The position numbers and the translations under genes are program-made. A stretch of 64,000 nucleotides of DNA from Bacteroidales bacterium (GTDB taxonomy: Bacteria > Bacteroidota > Bacteroidia > Bacteroidales > UBA3663), in assembly GCA_045598885.1 (NCBI GenBank), contig JAZRVB010000162.1, positions 2,809 through 66,808 of the forward strand, read 5' to 3'. The number at the start of each line of letters is the position of its first letter. The stretch's first letter is position 1. Of the stretch, positions 19,105-27,692 are shown one piece after another. The notes under the pieces are model-generated. The model saw only the letters and a list, made by a program, of their open reading frames with translations. It had not been told where the DNA came from and did not search any database.

Positions 19105-21111
19105 TTATTGGTGCAGGAGACGTGCTCCGCTGATCTCTGTACTCGTCTCTCCTAACCAGCCACAGGTCTGCTGCATGGCGCTATAGACACGGATAAAGTG
19201 AACCTTGGAGAGCTTGACAGGTTGTCGTGTAGCAGGATCGACGGCCCAGGAAAGGTCGAAGGAACATCCTGCGACATCCGAGTTAGGGACATTGTCGACA
19301 TAGCCGTATTCGAAAGGATGGAGTTCCCATTGAGAACCATTGCCGCTCTTCTCTACGCTGTTGTCTGGCAGTCGCGTACCTGTGAACGATAGCGGAGAAG
19401 TGAGCCATTGAGGGAAGTAGGGTTGGTCATGAAACTCATTGCGATAGATGAATCCCTGTTGTCCCTGATTGTTGCTCCAAGGGATGTCGGCCAAGCCTGT
19501 GTCCTGATACTCTACCTTATAATTATATATAATAGGAGTAGTCGTGTTGGCACTCTCGGTGGAAGAAGCGCTTCCTGCCAGTTCATACCAGGTGTCATCG
19601 GGGATTCCATTGTCATTCTCATCGACCGAAACCATCACGATACCTGGCTCGCTGCCATTGACGTTGGCATTGCCAAAGATCTGAAGGTCGTATTCTCCTT
19701 CGATGTTCTGTACAGGCTGAACAAAATGGAAGGTGATGAAACCTCCGAAACTGCCGAGCGTCACCAGACCGTTGCGATTCTCTCCTATGGCTTCGAAACA
19801 TTTCTGAGCCATGGTGTTAGCATCATCGCCATCCTCGTAGAGAGGCAAGGTGTTGACGAACTGGCCAGGTGCTGGCACATACTCATCGACACCGGCGATG
19901 AATGGGTCGGAGGGACAGGTACCTTGACCCTGACCAGTCGGGTCAAGGTACCTGTCCCTCTGACCCACAAAGGCTGCGCGTGAAGGTATGTCGCCTGTCC
20001 AGACACGCCAGTCGAAAGAGCCGTCTGCGAGGAAGTGCAGGAGCTCTCCACTTGAGACATAGTTCTTGGCATCCATCAAATAAAAGTCTCTCGTCTCAGG
20101 ATTGGCTATGAGGCCATAGGGATGCACCAGCTTCGGTTCCTGCCATTGTGATGGCGAGGGGAGAGACTCTCCATTGCGCGTATTAATTAATGAAAGGAGC
20201 GGATGGCCTTGATCCGTAGCACAGAGACAGAAGAGCGTATCACCTGCCAAGGAGAAGCTCGTGACGGGAATGTCAAAGGTATGGAGCTTGGTTGGTCCTG
20301 AGGGCTCCAGACAATGCAGCTGAGCGGGTGTCTTGCCGTAGTCGCCACGGCTGGTGATCCAGAGATGACCCTGCTTGTCTGCCACGACATGATGCAGGTT
20401 TGGAGCGATGTCGATGGTCTCAGAGACGCTCATCTTCGGCAGAGAGAGGTCGATGACGCTCATCGTATGATCGTAATCCGGAGCGCGATAACCACCGCTA
20501 TTGGCCACATAGAGGCGGTTCTGGACGACGGCCATCTCCTCTGGCTGATAACCTACGAGGACGGAGTCAACCTTCTGCAGCGAGAGCGTATCGACCTTAT
20601 AGACGCAACCAAGCGGAGCGTCGTTGCCTTGCTGCACGCCACCGACGTAGGAGCTGACATACGCAAAACCGTCATGGAAAGTCACGTAGCGAGCGTTAGG
20701 AATATTGACTTGTCCGATGCGACGTGCATCAGCCGCATGGCAGACCTCCACCTTGTTGGAGCAATTGACTACGATCCAAAGACGACTGCCATAGATCTGG
20801 ATGTCATTGCCGACATCGCCAAGCTCGAATACCGTGGATGGATTCTGCTGTCCGTAGATGTTGCGAAGGTAGTGAATACGCTGATCCTTGCCCGTCCATT
20901 GGCCAGAGAGGTCGAGATAGTCGAGCGTACACTTGTTCGATCCCATATTGCCTTCGCACAGGACATACATACCAGCGATGCTGGAAGACGTGGCAGGAGA
21001 GGAGCCTAACGGAGTATCGATGACATAAGACACATACTCATCCTCCCTGCACGCTGAGAGCGTCAGGAGGCAGAGGAGGATTGTTATGAGATGGTGTCTT
21101 AGAATTCGCAT
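19105..21111 (-). CDS. two-domain surface lipoprotein: YncE/DUF5074-like beta-propeller plus C-terminal beta-sandwich-like domain
   Basis: Lipobox LTLSAC. Propeller-type repeats (YVLCEGNMGSN, LYVANSGGY, HLWITSRGDY), then about 270 aa of C-terminal domain. Overlaps the receptor gene by 13 nt. Confidence 0.7.
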   Translation of the reverse strand: MRILRHHLITILLCLLTLSACREDEYVSYVIDTPLGSSPATSSSIAGMYVLCEGNMGSNKCTLDYLDLSGQWTGKDQRIHYLRNIYGQQNPSTVFELGDVGNDIQIYGSRLWIVVNCSNKVEVCHAADARRIGQVNIPNARYVTFHDGFAYVSSYVGGVQQGNDAPLGCVYKVDTLSLQKVDSVLVGYQPEEMAVVQNRLYVANSGGYRAPDYDHTMSVIDLSLPKMSVSETIDIAPNLHHVVADKQGHLWITSRGDYGKTPAQLHCLEPSGPTKLHTFDIPVTSFSLAGDTLFCLCATDQGHPLLSLINTRNGESLPSPSQWQEPKLVHPYGLIANPETRDFYLMDAKNYVSSGELLHFLADGSFDWRVWTGDIPSRAAFVGQRDRYLDPTGQGQGTCPSDPFIAGVDEYVPAPGQFVNTLPLYEDGDDANTMAQKCFEAIGENRNGLVTLGSFGGFITFHFVQPVQNIEGEYDLQIFGNANVNGSEPGIVMVSVDENDNGIPDDTWYELAGSASSTESANTTTPIIYNYKVEYQDTGLADIPWSNNQGQQGFIYRNEFHDQPYFPQWLTSPLSFTGTRLPDNSVEKSGNGSQWELHPFEYGYVDNVPNSDVAGCSFDLSWAVDPATRQPVKLSKVHFIRVYSAMQQTCGWLGETSTEISGARLLHQ

Positions 21112-23033
21112 TGTAGTGTACAGAAGAATTGCCGACCTGGCATCGGGTAATTGATGATGACGTCGTATTGCTGATCGAAGAGGTTATTGACTTGCAGCGT
21201 AGCTTGCATCGTGGTGGCTCCAAGATGGAATCGTCCAACCAGAGACAGATCGCTCGTATACCACGGCTGTAGGTGATTGTATGCGATATTCTCCTGCTGG
21301 CAGTAGCGTTCGCCGGTATAGACGAAGTTGTAGGTCAAAGACCAGTCGCGCCACGACAGCGAACCTGTAGCAGAACCGCTGTGCCAAGGCGTGTAGGGGA
21401 TCTGATCTCCGTAATAAGAATCCGCTCTGTCCGTCTTGTCACGCGCCTGCTGATAGGTGTATTGCAGATGTGCGAAGAGCTTCAGATCCTGTGTCAGTTG
21501 CCACTCGTCAGAGGCTTGTACATCGATGCCATCGATCACGACATGACCGAGATTCAACATCGTCCAGCGAAACTGCTGACCTTTCGGATAAGCCACGATC
21601 TTATCGTTGACGACGTTGTGATAGGCGTCGATGGTCAGGAACTTATATTTCAAACCGATGGAACTCTGAGTAGCCTTCTCTGGTCGCAGATTCGCATTTC
21701 CAATCTCGGTGTAATACAGGTCATTGAACGTCGGCATGCGGAAGCTCTGCTTGACGAAAGCATGCAGTTGCAGCGACTCATCAGCGAAAGGCTTGACTTT
21801 GAGGAATAAGGCAGGTGTGAGGTGCGAGGTATTGCCAGACGAGGATCCAGCTTTGGTCGCATCGCTGTAATGAGAGCAGACAAGGCTGCCATGCAACTGT
21901 AGCCAGTGCCAGTCAAAGGCGGTGGCAAGACCCAGGAGATGTGACCAGCGGGAAGGGGAGGCGAAGAGGGCTTTGTCTGACCACAGCGTGTTGTATCGGA
22001 TATCGTAGCTGGCAGCCACGTTCCACCACGGCGTGATGGCAAGCAGGTGCGACATGCTGGCGTAGGCTTCCTGCTGTCGGTACTGCTGGTTGACCTGCAT
22101 CGTCGCAGCATCCTTATTGATGTAATGAGTGCCGTAGTAGGCGTATTTGCCTAAGAGTCGCAGGGAATAGCGTTCTGTGACATCAGCCTGCCACTGGCCT
22201 TGAAGGAAGGTATTGCTGTCAGATTGACGCTCACCTCGTCGCCACACGTTATTTACGATGGCACCAGGGATGCCGCGGTTCGACAGGTAGGTGTATGCCT
22301 TGACATGCGCCAGCTGGTTGTTATCTCCACGATACCACAGGTTGGCCTCCGCACGGAGCGACTGGAGGTCCCCGTTGTGACGCGTAGCCGTGGTGTCGTA
22401 GGCCACCGTGTTGTCGTAGTTGAGGCGACGGTAGTTGAAATGATATCGGCCGTCACTGGCCATCCCCTCGGCATTAGCACTTAATAGCCAGTGGTCGGAG
22501 AGACGCTGATCCCAGCTGAGCGAACCGCGTAGCAGTTGGCTGGCACCTGTCTGCAGTTTGGCTTTTCGGTGCGAAGGATGCTGGTCGGAGAGGCGAGGGG
22601 CTTGCGTACGGATGTAGACGCTGCCGGCATTGACCAGATCGCTGGCTGTCTGCATCAGAGCCGATCGTTGACCGTTGTAGACAGAGATTTCCTCGATGTT
22701 GTCCAAAGAGAACTGGCCGAGATCGATCTGCCCATTCTGTGCATTACCCAGCTCGATGCCATCGTAGTAGATGCCGACGTGCTGCGATCCCATGCTGCGT
22801 ATATTGACCGTCTTGAGTCCTCCTATGCCACCATAGTCCTTGACCTGCACACCGCTCATCAGGCGTAGGGCGTCGGCCACAGTGTGTGCACTGACACGCT
22901 GCAGCATCTCTCCGCTGATCTTCTGTGGAGCGATGGTCTCCTGGTGGCGCAACTGACCCTGCACGGTTACTTCATTAACCACGCGTATAGAGTCCAGCAT
23001 GCCAATCAGCACCAGACAAGTAGCAATCATCAA
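21099..23033 (-). CDS. btuB: TonB-dependent receptor, cobalamin-type by context
   Basis: Plug domain (VADALRLMSGVQV, GIYYDGIELGN) and a 22-strand-size barrel ending in the aromatic CEF. Directly downstream of a cobalamin riboswitch. Confidence 0.8.
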   Translation of the reverse strand: MMIATCLVLIGMLDSIRVVNEVTVQGQLRHQETIAPQKISGEMLQRVSAHTVADALRLMSGVQVKDYGGIGGLKTVNIRSMGSQHVGIYYDGIELGNAQNGQIDLGQFSLDNIEEISVYNGQRSALMQTASDLVNAGSVYIRTQAPRLSDQHPSHRKAKLQTGASQLLRGSLSWDQRLSDHWLLSANAEGMASDGRYHFNYRRLNYDNTVAYDTTATRHNGDLQSLRAEANLWYRGDNNQLAHVKAYTYLSNRGIPGAIVNNVWRRGERQSDSNTFLQGQWQADVTERYSLRLLGKYAYYGTHYINKDAATMQVNQQYRQQEAYASMSHLLAITPWWNVAASYDIRYNTLWSDKALFASPSRWSHLLGLATAFDWHWLQLHGSLVCSHYSDATKAGSSSGNTSHLTPALFLKVKPFADESLQLHAFVKQSFRMPTFNDLYYTEIGNANLRPEKATQSSIGLKYKFLTIDAYHNVVNDKIVAYPKGQQFRWTMLNLGHVVIDGIDVQASDEWQLTQDLKLFAHLQYTYQQARDKTDRADSYYGDQIPYTPWHSGSATGSLSWRDWSLTYNFVYTGERYCQQENIAYNHLQPWYTSDLSLVGRFHLGATTMQATLQVNNLFDQQYDVIINYPMPGRQFFCTLQCEF

Positions 23034-23039
23034 AACTCA

Positions 23040-23285
23040 GTTTCTTTGTTAACGTCAATAGAAGTGTCCCGTCCTGTCGATCGCAGGAGTCATGAGTGGG
23101 CGCTCTTTGCAGCAGGTCTTCTGGCTCGTCCTGGCTCGGTGTACTGTCTTCCCGCCTGTTAACATGGGCAGTGACATTCAAGGTACGTCGGCAACTAAGT
23201 AGGACACACAGCAGCGGGACTGTTCCGGATTCGCACCGGATTCCCTTTTGATCCGCACTTGGTCAGGGTGCAGAACTGCAAAGCG
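23040..23285 (-). promoter_or_regulatory. cobalamin (B12) riboswitch
   Basis: The minus strand reads AAAGGGAATCCGGTGCGAATCCGGAACAGTCCCGCTGCTGT (23207-23247) and a B12 box GAGCCAGAAGACCTGCTGCA (about 23108-23127). It lies between a TATCTTTG promoter and the receptor ATG. Confidence 0.9.
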
Positions 23286-23313
23286 AAGTGAAAAATAAGT
23301 TTTTTCAGTGGTG

Positions 23314-23321
23314 CAAAGATA
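23314..23321 (-). promoter_or_regulatory. -7 promoter box (TATCTTTG on the minus strand) for the B12 operon
   Basis: The plus strand reads CAAAGATA. Located about 35 nt upstream of the riboswitch 5' end. Confidence 0.5.
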
Positions 23322-23447
23322 GTTTATTTTCGTGTCATCTGCAATAGTTGCTCGGCAATTGAGACGGATTTCAGTATTTTGTCTTCTTTTTTCGCAATCA
23401 TACTTGTCAAAATGATGGCTTGATTTGGAAAAGACGTAAATTCGGTG

Positions 23448-23455
23448 TATCTTTG
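23448..23455 (+). promoter_or_regulatory. -7 promoter box (TATCTTTG) for radA
   Basis: TAnnTTTG 24 nt upstream of the ATG at 23479. Confidence 0.45.
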
Positions 23456-23478
23456 CACGCGTGTAAATATAAGATTGT

Positions 23479-24900
23479 ATGGCAAAACAGAAGACCTCCT
23501 ATTTCTGTTCATCCTGCGGCTGCGAGGAACCTAAATGGTTCGGTCGTTGTCCGTCGTGTGGCGAATGGGGAACGTGTGTAGAAGAGATCGTCGACACCAA
23601 GTCAGGAGCTATCGGCAAAGCTTCCAAGCGAAGCGGTGGCGTGCAGTGGACTCATGCTGGCGCTTTAGGCCTGCCAGGACAGAAGGAACAGCCGAAGCGA
23701 CTCAATGAGATCGAAGCGCGTGAAGAGCAGCGTATCGATATGCATGACCAGGAACTCAACCGCGTGTTGGGTGGTGGTCTTGTGCCAGGATCGATGGTGC
23801 TGCTGGGTGGTGATCCGGGTATCGGCAAGTCGACGCTAGTGCTCCAGACGGTCATGAACATCACGGATAAGAAGATACTCTATTGCTCTGGCGAGGAGTC
23901 ATCCTACCAGCTCAAACTCCGTGCACTGCGACTGTCGGCAGATCCTGAGGTGGAGCATCAGAATGTCTTCATCGCCTGTGAGACGAACCTCGATGATATC
24001 TTCATCCATGTGGCAAACGTCGAGCCAGACATTGTCATCATCGACTCCATACAGACGATTGCTACCGATGATCTCGAGTCGAGCGCTGGTAGCGTCGGAC
24101 AGGTGCGCGAGTGTGCATCGCGAATCCTGAAGTTTGCCAAGGAGAGTGGCACACCAGTCATCCTCATCGGTCATATCACCAAGGAAGGAAGTCTGGCTGG
24201 TCCTAAAGTTTTGGAGCATATAGTCGATACTGTGTTGCAGTTTGAGGGCGATCAGCACTATATGTACCGCATCCTACGTGCCATCAAGAACCGTTTCGGA
24301 TCAACCTCCGAGCTCGGTATCTATGAGATGTTAGGAACAGGTTTGCGTCAGGTGACCAATCCGTCGGAACTCTTGCTCAATACCGATCATAATGACCTCT
24401 CAGGCGTCGCTATCGCTGCGGCGATCGAAGGTATGCGATCGTTCCTGATCGAGACACAGGCACTCGTCAGTTCATCGGCATACGCCACGCCAATGCGATC
24501 GACGACAGGCTTCGATCAGCGCAGAATGAATATGCTGCTAGCGGTATTGGAGAAGAAAGTCGGCTTCAAACTGGGACAGAAAGATGTCTTCCTCAATATC
24601 GCTGGAGGGCTGAGAGTCAGCGATCCTGCAATGGATCTGGCAGTCATGGCAGCTATACTTTCGTCAAATATGGATATGCCTCTGCCGCCATTGACCTGTA
24701 TGACAGGAGAGGTAGGACTCTCGGGAGAGATCCGTCCTGTCAGCCGTCTCGAACAGCGTATCCGTGAGGCTGAGAAGCTCGGCTTCGAACGTATCCTCAT
24801 CCCGAACGTCGCACTGAAGAGTATCGATAAGAAGTCGCTCAAGATACAGGTCTGTCCGGTATCGCGTGTCGATGAGGCGTTTAGAATGTTATTCAAATAA
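23479..24900 (+). CDS. radA: DNA repair protein RadA/Sms
   Basis: Zinc finger CSSCG..CPSCGEW, Walker A GDPGIGKST, the KNRFG motif and a Lon-protease-like C-terminus. Confidence 0.95.
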   Translation: MAKQKTSYFCSSCGCEEPKWFGRCPSCGEWGTCVEEIVDTKSGAIGKASKRSGGVQWTHAGALGLPGQKEQPKRLNEIEAREEQRIDMHDQELNRVLGGGLVPGSMVLLGGDPGIGKSTLVLQTVMNITDKKILYCSGEESSYQLKLRALRLSADPEVEHQNVFIACETNLDDIFIHVANVEPDIVIIDSIQTIATDDLESSAGSVGQVRECASRILKFAKESGTPVILIGHITKEGSLAGPKVLEHIVDTVLQFEGDQHYMYRILRAIKNRFGSTSELGIYEMLGTGLRQVTNPSELLLNTDHNDLSGVAIAAAIEGMRSFLIETQALVSSSAYATPMRSTTGFDQRRMNMLLAVLEKKVGFKLGQKDVFLNIAGGLRVSDPAMDLAVMAAILSSNMDMPLPPLTCMTGEVGLSGEIRPVSRLEQRIREAEKLGFERILIPNVALKSIDKKSLKIQVCPVSRVDEAFRMLFK

Positions 24901-24902
24901 TC

Positions 24903-26612
24903 ATGATCAAATCTATCCGAACCCGCGTTTTGCCTCAGATATGGGCCGATGCGGAACGACTCGAAGAGCAACTGTGCAAGGAGAATGCCATCAGCCGAAA
25001 AGCGCTGAAAGGTATCCGAATGAAACACACCAGCATCGACGCGCGTCAACGTCAAGTGATGGTGCAGCTCGACGTGGATCTATATATTAATGAGCAGCCA
25101 CCTGTTCTTCAGTTTCAGCCAAAGCTCTATAAGGAACTGCCAGCCGATGCACCACAGGCAATCATCGTAGGTGCAGGTCCTGGTGGATTGTTTGCCGCTC
25201 TTCGCCTCATAGAGTTAGGAGTGAAGCCTATCGTTCTGGAGCGTGGCCGTAACGTCACCGATCGTCGTCGTGATGTAGCCATGATCACCCGTGAACAGAA
25301 AGTCGATCCTGAGTCAAATTTCTGCTTCGGAGAGGGTGGCGCAGGTGCATTCTCCGATGGTAAACTCTTCACGCGCAGCAAGAAGCGTGGCAATGTGCAA
25401 GGAGTCCTCGAAGGTCTCTGCCAGTTCGGTGCAGACACGGGAATCCTTGACGCTTCGCATCCGCATATCGGTACCGACCGCCTGCCTGCCATCATTGCCA
25501 ATATCCGTGAGAAGATCATGGAGTGTGGCGGAGAGATCCATTTCGAGACAGCGGTGGAGGAGCTCATCCTCAAAGGAGATTCTCACTCCTCACTTCCAAT
25601 TCCTCACTCCTCACTCCTCACTCCTCACTCTGTTGTGGGTGTCCGTACCCGCAACGGTCACGAGTTCCTCGGTCCCGTCATCTTAGCCACAGGTCACTCA
25701 GCACGCGACATCTATCGCATGCTGCATCGTCAGCATATTCTCATTGAGGCGAAAGGTCTGGCCATTGGTTGCCGTCTGGAGCATCCACAGTCGCTTATCG
25801 ATCAGATACAGTATCATAGTAAAGAGGGTAGAGGTAAGTACCTGCCAGCCGCAGAATATAGCTTCGTAACGCAAGCTACAGGCAATCTGAATCAGAAAGG
25901 TGCCACCGCAGGTGTGCAGCGTGGCGTCTATTCGTTCTGTATGTGTCCTGGTGGCGTCATCATCCCTTCGGCCACAGGTCCTGAGCAGGTAGTAGTCAAT
26001 GGTATGAGTGCCAGTGCGCGTGGCAGTAAATGGGCCAATGCTGCGATGGTTACGGAGATACGTACAGAAGACCTGCAGGAGCTCGCTACACAGTTGCCTT
26101 TGGCTGAGACTCCTACAGGTCGTATGTTCGAAGGCGAGGAGCTGATGTCTTCACCTCTGGCCATGATGGCCGTACAGGAAGCCATCGAGCAACAGTGTTG
26201 GATGAATGGTAACCGCACCCAGGCGGCTCCTGCTCAGCGTATGACCGACTTTGTGCGAGGTCGTCTCTCTGCTGATCTGCCAGCGTCGAGCTATACGCCT
26301 GGTGTCATTGCCAGTCCTATTCATTTCTGGATGCCACGCTTCATCTCTGCTCGTATGCAGCAGGCGCTCCAGTTCTTTGGACAGCGTGCGCGTGGTTTCC
26401 TGACCGAGGAGGCGTTGCTCGTCGGCGCGGAGACGCGTACCTCTTCGCCTGTCCGAATCCCACGTGACCGAGAGACTTTCTGCCATCCGGTCGTGCAGGG
26501 GCTCTATCCTTGTGGCGAAGGCGCTGGTTTTGCCGGTGGCATCGTCAGTGCAGCGATGGATGGTCAGCGATGTGCTGAAGCGTTGGCTGGTAGTTGCTTC
26601 GGCCGAGTATAG
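24903..26612 (+). CDS. NAD(P)/FAD-dependent oxidoreductase (COG2509-like)
   Basis: GAGPGGLFAALRL dinucleotide-binding motif, ATGHSARD, and the C-terminal GEGAGFAGGI. Carries an in-frame heptamer-repeat insert at 25581-25630. Confidence 0.8.
   Translation: MIKSIRTRVLPQIWADAERLEEQLCKENAISRKALKGIRMKHTSIDARQRQVMVQLDVDLYINEQPPVLQFQPKLYKELPADAPQAIIVGAGPGGLFAALRLIELGVKPIVLERGRNVTDRRRDVAMITREQKVDPESNFCFGEGGAGAFSDGKLFTRSKKRGNVQGVLEGLCQFGADTGILDASHPHIGTDRLPAIIANIREKIMECGGEIHFETAVEELILKGDSHSSLPIPHSSLLTPHSVVGVRTRNGHEFLGPVILATGHSARDIYRMLHRQHILIEAKGLAIGCRLEHPQSLIDQIQYHSKEGRGKYLPAAEYSFVTQATGNLNQKGATAGVQRGVYSFCMCPGGVIIPSATGPEQVVVNGMSASARGSKWANAAMVTEIRTEDLQELATQLPLAETPTGRMFEGEELMSSPLAMMAVQEAIEQQCWMNGNRTQAAPAQRMTDFVRGRLSADLPASSYTPGVIASPIHFWMPRFISARMQQALQFFGQRARGFLTEEALLVGAETRTSSPVRIPRDRETFCHPVVQGLYPCGEGAGFAGGIVSAAMDGQRCAEALAGSCFGRV
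25581..25630 (+). repeat. CTCACTC heptamer tract inside a CDS
   Basis: TCTCACTCCTCACTTCCAATTCCTCACTCCTCACTCCTCACTCCTCACTC, translated as SHSSLPIPHSSLLTPHS. Confidence 0.95.
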
Positions 26613-26615
26613 TTT

Positions 26616-27653
26616 TTATTTATTGAGACATTTGACAAACATCGGACGTGTCATCTGGATGCTTCTGCCGGTATCGTGAAGGAGACCGGTAGAAGCATCC
26701 CTTTCGTATACCTGGATGGCATTGCTGTCTCGACAGGCGACGAGGAGATAGCGGTCATTAGGCGTGATGGCAAAGTTGCGAGGATGGATACCTGTCTTCT
26801 GGTAGCCGATACGCTGTAGGGAACCGTCGGAAGGATTGACCTTATAGATGCTGATACCATCATTCTGGAGGCGGTGTGAGGCGTAGAGGTACTTGCCGTC
26901 GCTTGTCATGTGAATGTCTGCACTGCCACCTGCCTGTACGGTGTCGGCAACAATAGAATCTACTACACGAAGCTGGCCTGCATCGTATGAAAGGGTAAAG
27001 ATTTGACCAGAGAGTTCAGAGATAAGGTATGCATATCGGCCATCAGGTGCAAAACAGAGGTGGCGTGGACCAGCACCTGCATCGAGATGCAACGAATAGC
27101 CACGGTTAGTATCCAAAGGGAATGGATAAACGTGGATCTGATCCAGTCCGAGGTCATTGGCAAGAAGATAATTATGGTCAGGGGAGAAGTTGACTGCATG
27201 GAGATGAGGCTTCTCCTGACGCGCAGTGTTTGGTCCCTGTCCATAGTATTGGATCAAGGTCGGCTCTTGCAGTGAACCGTCTGCATTGAGGTTGAAGACG
27301 GTAAGGCTGCCACCAGTGTAGTTAGCACTGATGAGCTGCTTCTCGTCAGGGCTCAGCGTGATATTACAAGGAGCACCAGAGTGGTTCTGCTGGGTGCTGA
27401 AGAGGGTGAGTGTTCCGCTCTTCTTATCGAGCTGCAATGCATTCATAGTGGCCTTGTCGTCTTCGTCATATTCGCCGACGGCATAGACTTTGTTCTGCGC
27501 TGCATTAGTGCACAGGAAGGTCGGATTGGTTACGCCTTTGACGCCACTTACGTAGGAGAATTGGCCGGTCTCCTGATTGAAACTGTATAACTGGATGGAT
27601 TCCTGGTTGGCGTCATTGTAGCTGCCAAGGAGTAGTAATAGTTCGATGAGCAT
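26616..27653 (-). CDS. lactonase family protein (YbhE/6-phosphogluconolactonase-like beta-propeller)
   Basis: 345 aa. The blocks GAGPRHLCFAPDGRYAYL, HMTSDGKYLYASHR and GIHPRNFAITPNDRYLLVA are typical of the 7-bladed lactonase family. Confidence 0.8.
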   Translation of the reverse strand: MLIELLLLLGSYNDANQESIQLYSFNQETGQFSYVSGVKGVTNPTFLCTNAAQNKVYAVGEYDEDDKATMNALQLDKKSGTLTLFSTQQNHSGAPCNITLSPDEKQLISANYTGGSLTVFNLNADGSLQEPTLIQYYGQGPNTARQEKPHLHAVNFSPDHNYLLANDLGLDQIHVYPFPLDTNRGYSLHLDAGAGPRHLCFAPDGRYAYLISELSGQIFTLSYDAGQLRVVDSIVADTVQAGGSADIHMTSDGKYLYASHRLQNDGISIYKVNPSDGSLQRIGYQKTGIHPRNFAITPNDRYLLVACRDSNAIQVYERDASTGLLHDTGRSIQMTRPMFVKCLNK

Positions 27654-27692
27654 GGGGATTTTTTAGTTAACAGTAAATAGCTAACAATGTTA

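Noticed and set aside
23290-23480. The 190-bp gap between the B12 operon and radA, considered as a possible small RNA or invertible promoter.
   Set aside because: It is fully accounted for by two divergent TATCTTTG promoter boxes (23314-23321 minus strand, 23448-23455 plus strand). No flanking inverted repeats were seen.
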